From: a virus
Lineage: Duplodnaviria > Heunggongvirae > Uroviricota > Caudoviricetes
Strand: one strand, 5' to 3'
Virus record (IMG/VR): IMGVR_UViG_2734482593_000003
Length of the DNA: 5,833 nt
Made by a program: the position numbers and the translations under genes. Position 1 is the stretch's first letter, and each line of letters opens with the position of its first letter. The notes beneath the pieces are model-generated. The model ran no database searches. It was not told where the DNA came from and saw only the letters and a program-made list of their open reading frames with translations. This document shows positions 1 through 5,833 of the stretch, in pieces.

Positions 1-17
1 GCCTGTCCAATGTGCAT

Positions 18-50
18 AAAAAAATCCGGAAACAAGTGAGCGTTTCCGGA
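18..50 (-). terminator. Rho-independent terminator immediately downstream of the portal gene
   Basis: Perfect 9-bp inverted repeat TCCGGAAAC (25-33) / GTTTCCGGA (42-50) with an 8-nt loop. On the minus-strand RNA the hairpin is followed by seven U (plus-strand A run 18-24). The plus-strand flank after the hairpin is only TTCTT, so it is mainly a minus-strand terminator. Confidence 0.6.
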
Positions 51-84
51 TTCTTACACAGCCACTGGATCGGTCAACTGATCC

Positions 85-1241
85 TTAACTGATCGGCATT
101 ACACCACCGGGACGCGGATTCATATCTTCCAGGTCGCGGCAGTCATTGGAAGAGTAAATTCCCCAGTTGATCCCGGTGGCGTAGGCTTCAAAACGGGACT
201 TCATATCCCCGCGCAGTAACGCCCCGGCGTTAAATTTGGCGTAATAAACGCCCTGCTTACTTTTTCGTACCAGTCCGGTGTTGATCCGCTGTTCGATGCG
301 GGTCAGATACGGCACCAGTGAATAGTTGATAAATCCCAGCCCCAGCTCTTCGATATTGTTGAAGGTGGCGCGATCGGTGTTCTGCACCATGTGCAACGGC
401 ACCCGGAACAGACGACAGATTTCTTCCAGCTGAAACTTGCGGGTTTCCAGGAACTGACTGTCCTCGGCGTTCAGCGCCATCGACTTCCAGTCCAGCCCCA
501 TTTCCAGAATCATCGGGCGGTGAGCATTGCCAAGCCCCGTGTGACACTCCTCAAAATCTTTCTTCAGACGCTCGTAAGCATCCGGCGTGAGCTTTTGTTC
601 CGTACGCAACACACCGGATGTCACCGCACCATTACTAAACAACCTGGCACCGTGCTCCTCGGTTGCCGCTGCCAGTGAAATGGCCTCACGCGCATACGCA
701 ATGGGATTCAGCCCGACAAGTCCATCCAGCGTCAGGGTGCGCACATGCCAGATTTCATTCTGGGTCAACACATCCACGGAACCATCCGGAAACGTCACCT
801 GATAAACCGGCTGCCACTGGCTGTTCAGCTTCGGTTCCACACAGCCCGGATCTATCGGAAGAAGCTCCACCACTTCTCCCAGTGCCTTTACCTTGTAGGC
901 GTAAAAATTCCCCCGTAGACACAGGCAGACAATAACCAGCTCCCAGAATTCCTGCGGTGTCATGTAGCCATTAGGTTTTGCCGAAACCAACTTATGCAGT
1001 CGTTCATCCACCGCCCGTGTTTTCAGGGTACCGCTGATTTTGTAGAGACTGCAGGGCAGCATACCAACAGACTCTGCCAGCACCCTGACGCAAGAATAGA
1101 CCGCCGTCAGGCGCATGGCCCGCTGGCTACTGATCCGCTTTCCGGTATAGGTGTCGTATGACAGCCCGATAGCATCAGCAGTTCTGCTGGCGTGGTCACC
1201 GGCACATCGCTTTTTCGTTGAAATAATCCCGAAAAGAACAC
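85..1241 (-). CDS. Phage portal protein (HK97 family); reading frame apparently interrupted by a 1-nt frameshift near 1164-1168 (possible pseudogene or sequencing error)
   Basis: The 85..1332 ORF contains the portal motif (AMRLTAVYSCVRVLAESVGMLPCSLYK) and ends at TAA 87..85. That frame has no ATG/GTG/TTG between the upstream small ORF stop (1241) and Met73 (ATG 1116..1114); its only upstream start is TTG 1332, with no SD, inside the small ORF. A different frame has GTG 1241..1239 with GGAGG 6 nt upstream, encoding MFFSGLFQRKSDVPVTTPAELLMLSG... with good codon usage, and stops at TGA 1109..1107. Codon quality switches between the two frames around the GGG run (plus-strand CCC 1165-1167). Confidence 0.8.
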
Positions 1242-1423
1242 TATTTACCTCCGCCGACAGACTGCCGTGTACGGTCGAGATATCGCGCCACCAGCCACGA
1301 CCAGAACAGGCACAGCGCCCCGGCAACAACAAAACCCGCCGGGGGATAAATCAGCCAGGCACCATACGCCAGCAAAAGCGCACCCAGCACGCCCACCAGA
1401 GGCGCGAGAATCAGCATGATCAT
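1241..1423 (-). CDS. Small hydrophobic membrane protein (60 aa, two predicted TM helices), function unknown
   Basis: ATG 1423..1421 lies 5 nt after GAGGT and directly after the terL stop (TAA 1437..1435). Codons are E. coli-typical (CTG/GCG/GGT rich). Sequence [60 protein letters not shown] has two hydrophobic segments and a basic C-terminus. Its TAG stop overlaps the portal GTG (TAGTG). Confidence 0.6.
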   Translation of the reverse strand: MIMLILAPLVGVLGALLLAYGAWLIYPPAGFVVAGALCLFWSWLVARYLDRTRQSVGGGK

Positions 1424-1434
1424 AATTACCTCAG

Positions 1435-3168
1435 TTAAAGCGAGCGGATCCCGTAGGACTCAATGTGGTCAGACAGCGTGTCTTCTTTCTCGTACAGCAT
1501 GGCTCTGCCAACCGCCATAATCAGCGCAACTGCACCATCGATTTTGTTTTCCGCCTGCTCTTTGACGGGTTTCACCACATCATCGTTACCCGGCATGTTT
1601 TTGCCGACCACGTTGCCGATACACCAGGTCATGATGGGATTGCCGTCATGATGAAAACGTCCCGATTCAATCGCTGCTTCCAGCTCTTTCATCGGATCGG
1701 ACATATTGGTGAAGTTCTGGACGATAGTGACGGGATTCAGGTCTTCATCAGCAAGGTCATGTGACAACCCGGTCGCCCCGAAGGGGTCGATGGGTGACTC
1801 ACTGACCGGGCTGATTTTGTTCGCCGCTTTGGCCTCCTCGAGGATGTAGCGATAATCCACCTCCGCACCATCGGTAACGGTCAGAACGCCCATTTCCACC
1901 CATTTCTGAAAGCGTTCGGCTGTCCGTCGATCTTCATTTTTCTCGACGCTGTACACCGTGTCATACGGTACCCAGAAACGCGGGGCCACACTGTAGTAAT
2001 GCGTTTTACCGTCAATCTCGCGGGTATAAAGTCGCGCCATGCTGTTCATATCCAGCTTACGCGCCAGGTCAAAGGCCAGAATGCACGGCTGCCCCTCGAA
2101 CTGCTCAAGGGTCAGTGATTTATCCTCGCAGCTCTGCCAGCTCACCAAGTTGAAATACGCCGAACGCGCCGACACCCAGATATTGAGGTGTTTTGTTTTA
2201 AAGACGTTTGCCAGACGGGCGTTATTTTTCGCACGCTGCTGCTGACTTAACAAAAATTCGCGATAAACCGACACGCCAATATTTGGATTGGCTTTTTCCA
2301 GCACCTGCGGGCCGGTCCAGTCGTCACCTTCATCAACGGTATAGATGATCCCGAACAGTTCATCGTTAGGCACCGAGCCGTTGAGCATCTCGATGACTTC
2401 CCGCCGCTTGTCGTAGCACGGCCCCTCAATGTTGTACCCGGCGGTGGTGATGGCCCACATCAGTGGCTGACGTCGCGCCCCCATCCCGGTAAGCATTGTG
2501 GTATAAAGCGCATCGGTGGCATGCTCGTGATATTCATCAACCACGGCACAGTGGGGTGATGAACCATCACCTGGGTTGCCGATCAGCGGTTCAAACCGCG
2601 CGCCATCCTCCGGACGGTTCATGTTTGAGGCGTTAACCTCAATCCCGAACGCTTCCGTCAGCATGGGTGTGCGTTTACACATCAGTCGCGCCGGGCGAAA
2701 GACTTCCCACGCCTGTTTCTCTGTCGTGGCACCGGAATACACTTCCGCGCCAAACTCGTTATCACAGGCAAAACAATACAGGGCAACACCGGCAGAGATT
2801 GCTGATTTGCCGTTCTTACGGGGGATTTCGGTGTACACCTCCCGGAAGCGGCGCAACCGGGTGCCTTTATTGACCCAGCCAAACGCACAGCAGATCACAA
2901 ATAGCTGCCACGGCTCCAGCGTGATGGGCATCCGTTTGAATGCCCACTCCCCCTTGGTGTGCGGCAACAGCTGAATAAATTTCGCGGCCCGTTCAGCCAG
3001 GTCCTTGTCGAAGCGGTAACGAAACGACTTACTTTTTTCCGCCATCAGGTCATCAAGATGGCGCTGGCAGGCCTGAATCACAAACTGGCAGGCAACAATC
3101 TTTCCGCGCACGACATCCCGGGCATACTGATTTGCAGCATTTACGTTGGGGTAAGATTTCCGGCTCAT
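1435..3168 (-). CDS. terL: Phage terminase large subunit (577 aa)
   Basis: Long ORF with ATG start 3168..3166 in an ATGA overlap with the upstream terS stop. Walker A-like PRKNGKS near the N-terminus, acidic motifs (VVDEYHE) and a C-terminal nuclease-like region. Sits between terS and portal as in HK97-like head modules. Assigned from recalled family features. Confidence 0.95.
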   Translation of the reverse strand: MSRKSYPNVNAANQYARDVVRGKIVACQFVIQACQRHLDDLMAEKSKSFRYRFDKDLAERAAKFIQLLPHTKGEWAFKRMPITLEPWQLFVICCAFGWVNKGTRLRRFREVYTEIPRKNGKSAISAGVALYCFACDNEFGAEVYSGATTEKQAWEVFRPARLMCKRTPMLTEAFGIEVNASNMNRPEDGARFEPLIGNPGDGSSPHCAVVDEYHEHATDALYTTMLTGMGARRQPLMWAITTAGYNIEGPCYDKRREVIEMLNGSVPNDELFGIIYTVDEGDDWTGPQVLEKANPNIGVSVYREFLLSQQQRAKNNARLANVFKTKHLNIWVSARSAYFNLVSWQSCEDKSLTLEQFEGQPCILAFDLARKLDMNSMARLYTREIDGKTHYYSVAPRFWVPYDTVYSVEKNEDRRTAERFQKWVEMGVLTVTDGAEVDYRYILEEAKAANKISPVSESPIDPFGATGLSHDLADEDLNPVTIVQNFTNMSDPMKELEAAIESGRFHHDGNPIMTWCIGNVVGKNMPGNDDVVKPVKEQAENKIDGAVALIMAVGRAMLYEKEDTLSDHIESYGIRSL

Positions 3169-3659
3169 GATTCGATAATTTTCAGAAACGGGTTAGTGGC
3201 TTTCTTCTGCCCCGCCAGGCCAATCAGACGCTGGCGGCTGCTGGGGTCGAGTCCGAGCATTGCCCCCGTGCTGCTCATCTCGGACTCCTGTTCTTTTTTG
3301 GCGGTCAGCTCCGGATTTTTGACCCTGCCGCCCATTGCACCGGTGATGGTGTTGCCCTGTATGGCAATATTTTTCACGGCACGTCGCCAGAACTCATAGG
3401 CCACGCACCACCGCTCAAGTACCGCCAGGTCAGTCACGCACAGCAGGCCCTGACCGCAGAGTTCTTTGGTTGTCAGTTGCCACATGATCGTGGCGAGAGG
3501 GAGATCTTCTTCAGCGAACCACTCTGGTGGCTCAACACCTTTGATGGGCGTAAAAACAGGTTCATCTTTGTTCAGGGCTCGCTTGCCGGGGTTTCCGGCC
3601 AGCGCCTTGCGCGCCGTTGGCTTGGGGCGACGCCCGGAACGCCCCGCCGTTCCAGCCAT
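3165..3659 (-). CDS. terS: Phage terminase small subunit, P27 family (164 aa)
   Basis: N-terminus [27 protein letters not shown] is characteristic of P27-family small terminase subunits. I chose ATG 3659..3657, which has AGGAG 8 nt upstream, over the GTG at 3668 used by the ORF track. Stop TGA 3167..3165 overlaps the terL ATG. Confidence 0.85.
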   Translation of the reverse strand: MAGTAGRSGRRPKPTARKALAGNPGKRALNKDEPVFTPIKGVEPPEWFAEEDLPLATIMWQLTTKELCGQGLLCVTDLAVLERWCVAYEFWRRAVKNIAIQGNTITGAMGGRVKNPELTAKKEQESEMSSTGAMLGLDPSSRQRLIGLAGQKKATNPFLKIIES

Positions 3660-3780
3660 ATGCGGCACTCCTGGTTAAATTTCATTTTTCGCGGGTATAA
3701 AAAAACGATGGGGCGGGCAGTCCGGAAGACGTCAGGTCACAGGGATTTGCCCCGCCCCTCCCTACAAGTGAGAATAATTA
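3660..3780. other. Putative cos / packaging-recognition region between the HNH and terS genes
   Basis: 121-bp intergenic region in the position where HK97-like phages carry cos (HNH gene - cos - terS). Contains a perfect 8-bp GC inverted repeat GGGGCGGG (3710-3717) / CCCGCCCC (3751-3758) separated by 33 bp, flanked by A/T-rich tracts. Assignment is by position and composition only. Confidence 0.4.
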
Positions 3781-4131
3781 TCACCGGATTCGTTCGCGCG
3801 CTGTTTTCGCTTTATGGCAGGGCCAGCACAGACTCTGCAGGTTGCTGTCTGCGTCTGTTCCGCCATGCGCTTTCGGGATGATGTGGTCGACGGTTTTCGC
3901 CTCGCTCACCACACCGACACGCAGACACAACTGACACAGACCTTTATCGCGCTTCAGAATACGGGCACGAATCACCGTCCATTTTGAGCCATAGCCACGC
4001 TGGTGGCGGCTCAGTCCGCGCTGGTGCTGCACCCAGCCTTCACCGCGATGTTTATCGCAGTAACCCGAACTGTCTGTGGTTGTACCTGCACATCCACGCT
4101 TACGGCAGGCACGTGGGATTAGTGATGGCAT
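3781..4131 (-). CDS. HNH endonuclease, phage packaging-associated (116 aa)
   Basis: ATG 4131..4129 with GAGGT 7 nt upstream. Cys-rich zinc-finger-like N-terminus (CRKRGCAG...C) and HNH motif DHIIPKAHGGTDADSNLQSLCWPCH. Located directly upstream of terS, as HK97 gp74. Confidence 0.9.
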   Translation of the reverse strand: MPSLIPRACRKRGCAGTTTDSSGYCDKHRGEGWVQHQRGLSRHQRGYGSKWTVIRARILKRDKGLCQLCLRVGVVSEAKTVDHIIPKAHGGTDADSNLQSLCWPCHKAKTARERIR

Positions 4132-4173
4132 AAATACCTCATACCCTGCGAAATGTTTACCACGATAAAAAGG

Positions 4174-4521
4174 CTACTTAATGCACTGAGTGCGGATATA
4201 CTCCTGTGCCCCTTCCAGTTGCATCTGCATCGTCATCAGCCGCTCTCTGAGGGTGAAATAATCCCGTTCAGCGGTGTCTGCCAGTCGGGGGCTGGTTGCA
4301 TTATCCACGCCGGAGGCGGTGGTGGCTTCACGCACTGACTGACAGACTGCTTTGATGTGCAACCGACGACGACCAGCGGCAACATCAGCGCGCAGAGTTT
4401 CATTTTCAGCTTTCGCAACTTTGTAGGTAATGGCGTTATCACGGTAATGATTAACAGCCCATGACAGGCAGACGATGATGCAGATAACCAGAGCGGAGAT
4501 AATCGCGGTGACTCTGCTCAT
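4174..4521 (-). CDS. Rz: Rz i-spanin (inner-membrane spanin subunit), shortened variant (115 aa)
   Basis: From ATG 4521..4519, which overlaps the R stop as ATGA, the product [34 protein letters not shown]... matches lambda Rz as I recall it through residue 34, then resumes at AKAEN...[25 protein letters not shown]. About 39 residues of the periplasmic coiled coil are absent relative to the 153-aa lambda Rz. The ORF track starts 4 codons earlier at GTG 4533. Confidence 0.85.
   Translation of the reverse strand: MSRVTAIISALVICIIVCLSWAVNHYRDNAITYKVAKAENETLRADVAAGRRRLHIKAVCQSVREATTASGVDNATSPRLADTAERDYFTLRERLMTMQMQLEGAQEYIRTQCIK
4236..4403 (-). CDS. Rz1: Rz1 o-spanin (outer-membrane lipoprotein subunit), embedded in the +1 frame of Rz
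   Basis: Near-identical to lambda Rz1 as recalled: lipobox LVVVGC followed by [43 protein letters not shown] 4403..4401 is taken as the start; alternative starts are TTG 4418 (the position aligning to lambda Met1) or GTG 4442 (ORF track). Confidence 0.8.
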   Translation of the reverse strand: MKLCALMLPLVVVGCTSKQSVSQCVKPPPPPAWIMQPAPDWQTPLNGIISPSESG

Positions 4522-5015
4522 TGCTGCCCCCACAAACAGACTTCACGCTCAATCTCACGACGGGTCATCAGCCCTTTCCATTGCTTACCGCCAGCATATG
4601 TCCAGCGACGTAGCTGGTCACATGCGCCTTTGATATCGCCCTGGTTTATTTTGCGAAGAAGCGTCGATGTTCTGAAATTGCCAGCGCCCACGTTGTAAAC
4701 GAACGAGTAAAGAGCGCCGCGCGTTGTTTCCGGTATATCGACTTTGATGTACGGGTTAATTTGTCTGGCGACAGTGGCAAGGTCTTTATTCAGGAGGGCT
4801 TTGCATTCTGCTTCGGTATACGTTTTACCGAGCATGATGTCTTTTCCGGTGTGTCCGTGACATACAGTCCATACACCAATGATATCTTTGTATGGTATGT
4901 AGCTGACACCTTCCAGACCATCGTTACCACCTGGGCCAGTGATTAACACAGATGCTATAGCAACAGCCCCACCACCAATAGCAGCTGCAACAGCCTTGCG
5001 TAATGATGGCGACAT
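4518..5015 (-). CDS. R: SAR endolysin (phage 21 R-type lysozyme, 165 aa)
   Basis: Near-identical to the phage 21 endolysin as recalled. Gly/Ala-rich N-terminal signal-arrest-release segment ([24 protein letters not shown]), followed by catalytic Glu/Asp/Thr spacing (GLEGVSY...[12 protein letters not shown]). ATG 5015..5013 overlaps the S stop as TAATG. Confidence 0.95.
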   Translation of the reverse strand: MSPSLRKAVAAAIGGGAVAIASVLITGPGGNDGLEGVSYIPYKDIIGVWTVCHGHTGKDIMLGKTYTEAECKALLNKDLATVARQINPYIKVDIPETTRGALYSFVYNVGAGNFRTSTLLRKINQGDIKGACDQLRRWTYAGGKQWKGLMTRREIEREVCLWGQQ

Positions 5016-5230
5016 TATTCACCTCTCGCAGCCTTACGCTTGTCTTCTCTTATTTTGAAATACAGATTTGTCAGATAAGTCAGAAGCCCCAGAAGCAGAC
5101 TTCCCAGCACACCAATCGCAGCCCACTGTGATGGACTGACCTGATCCAACCACTGCAAAAACCAGTAGCCGGCACTGCCGGCGGAGGTGCCGTAGGCAAT
5201 GCCTGTTGATATTTTTTCCATCTGATACAT
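5015..5230 (-). CDS. S: Pinholin, phage 21 S-type (S21/EssD family), dual-start (71 and 68 aa forms)
   Basis: [71 protein letters not shown]: two TM helices and a basic C-terminus, matching S21/EssD as recalled. Two in-frame ATGs at 5230 and 5221 (Met1 and Met4) give the dual-start motif. G-rich SD-like sequence lies upstream. Confidence 0.95.
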   Translation of the reverse strand: MYQMEKISTGIAYGTSAGSAGYWFLQWLDQVSPSQWAAIGVLGSLLLGLLTYLTNLYFKIREDKRKAARGE

Positions 5231-5261
5231 ATCCCGCCCCCCGACAGACCTGTGCTATCGG

Positions 5262-5296
5262 AAAGAAAAAAGGCCATCAGCAAAACTCTGATGGCC
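5262..5296 (-). terminator. Rho-independent terminator just upstream of the lysis cassette (candidate late-operon terminator tR')
   Basis: Perfect 9-bp stem GGCCATCAG (5272-5280) / CTGATGGCC (5288-5296) with a 7-nt loop. On the minus-strand RNA it is followed by UUUUUUCUUUC (plus 5271-5261). It lies 32 bp upstream of the S start codon. Confidence 0.6.
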
Positions 5297-5833
5297 TGAA
5301 TCACCTTTACCAATATTGTATGAAAAAACACGCACGACTAATTGACAATAATTTTCATTTCCATTAAAAAAGATCGCGTAGCATTCTTAATTCATGAGGA
5401 ACTTTACCCGCCAGCAATCTGAGTAGCGAAAGCTGTTCATCCCCAATGTTTTTGCTGGCGGGTCCTTTTTTCTACGGTCCTCCTCCCCGGAGGGGGGCAT
5501 TTCATTATTTTTCTAATCGTTACTGGTGAGAAGGCGGAAGAAAAAGCCAGTTCTTCGCCCCTAAATAACAGCATGATTCCAGTCCATGCAAAATCTGATT
5601 TCCAGCTCACACATACCGAGCGCTGTACAAAAAACCGCCAGCCAAGGCAGTTAAGAGTGTGTTCCCGGGGTTTGCTTAGAATATTTTGTAAGTTGTCCGA
5701 AGAGATATTTACAACACCAGAATGATGCATTATCAGTCCCCTGCCAGAGGTTCACTACGTAACCTGACCGACAATGAAGTGGCACACTGAATTTGGCCAC
5801 CTGAACAGAGGTGATATGCTCACCTCAGAACAA

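Noticed and set aside
85-1332. Full-length 415-aa ORF (TTG start at 1332) as the true portal coding sequence
   Set aside because: TTG 1332 has no Shine-Dalgarno sequence. The first 31 codons overlap a better-supported small ORF in another frame and look non-protein-like (Cys/Trp/Arg-rich, poor codons). A GTG with GGAGG exists in another frame at 1241.
3659-3668. GTG 3668 start for terS (ORF-track start) and GTG 4533 start for Rz, GTG 4442 start for Rz1
   Set aside because: Each has a downstream in-frame ATG with a better SD and/or an N-terminus matching the known family (MAGTAG..., MSRVTAI..., MKLC...). The upstream extensions are tool artefacts from allowing alternative start codons.
391-3881. 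Plus-strand ORFs from the track (391..678, 587..802, 663..935, 1151..1438, 1463..1651, 1465..1764, 2039..2245, 2576..2974, 2667..2873, 2959..3399, 3466..3678, 3477..3881) and minus-strand 257..547, 2247..2429, 2682..2888
   Set aside because: All lie inside, and mostly antisense to, the strongly supported portal, terL and terS genes. They lack SD sequences, many use non-ATG starts, and their translations are low-complexity (Arg/Ser/Pro/Cys-rich), typical of alternative-frame artefacts in GC-rich coding DNA.
4153-4946. Plus-strand ORFs 4153..4338 and 4761..4946 (TTG start), and minus-strand 5080..5331
   Set aside because: Antisense or out-of-frame overlaps of Rz, R and S, which are near-identical to known lysis proteins. 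No RBS support.
5300-5350. Minus-strand promoter candidate TTGTCA ... TACAAT as pR'
   Set aside because: Spacer is 22 bp, too long for a sigma70 promoter, and the transcript would begin only about 12 nt before the terminator hairpin. No better -35/-10 pair found on the late strand in the window.
5437-5730. 97-aa minus-strand ORF (ATG 5730, SD-like AGGGGA) in the S-upstream leader
   Set aside because: Translation (MHHSGVVNISSDNLQN...CPPPGRRTVEKRTRQQKHWG) has no recognisable fold or family and unusual composition, and it spans the hairpin-rich region. More likely non-coding leader or regulatory RNA, but I cannot exclude a small moron gene.
5755-5833. Edge-truncated ORFs: minus-strand C-terminal fragment ending at TAG 5757..5755 (possible end of Q antiterminator) and plus-strand ATG 5774 ORF (MKWHTEFGHLNRGDM...)
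   Set aside because: Too short to identify (26 and 20 codons in window), rare codons present, no SD for the plus ORF. I cannot tell which, if either, is real.
1-5833. tRNA genes, CRISPR repeats, IS or transposase ends, integrase or att sites, known defence or toxin-antitoxin cassettes
   Set aside because: Looked for tRNA T-loop motifs (GTTCGAATCC-like), regularly spaced direct repeats, terminal inverted repeats and defence-type ORFs; none seen. All substantial coding capacity is accounted for by lysis and packaging genes.

Overview
This window reads as the late region of a lambdoid, HK97-like prophage (Enterobacteriaceae type), with every supported gene on the minus strand, transcribed from high to low coordinates. 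From right to left: about 600 bp of non-coding leader (Q-S interval) ending in a strong intrinsic terminator; a phage-21-type lysis cassette (dual-start pinholin S, SAR endolysin R, Rz with embedded Rz1); an HNH endonuclease; a 121-bp GC-rich intergenic region that is the expected place for cos; terminase small subunit (P27 family) and large subunit, joined by an ATGA overlap; a small two-helix membrane protein ORF; and a portal gene followed at once by another strong terminator. Protein identities come from reading the supplied translations against remembered family sequences (S21/EssD, R21, lambda Rz/Rz1, P27 terS, HK97-family portal); no database search was run. Three things suggest a decaying or mis-assembled prophage rather than an intact one: the portal frame is broken by an apparent 1-nt frameshift, Rz carries an in-frame deletion of about 39 codons relative to lambda Rz, and a terminator sits where the prohead protease gene would normally begin. 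I found no tRNA, rRNA, CRISPR array, IS element or recognisable defence system. The plus-strand ORFs in the track are antisense artefacts inside the large genes.
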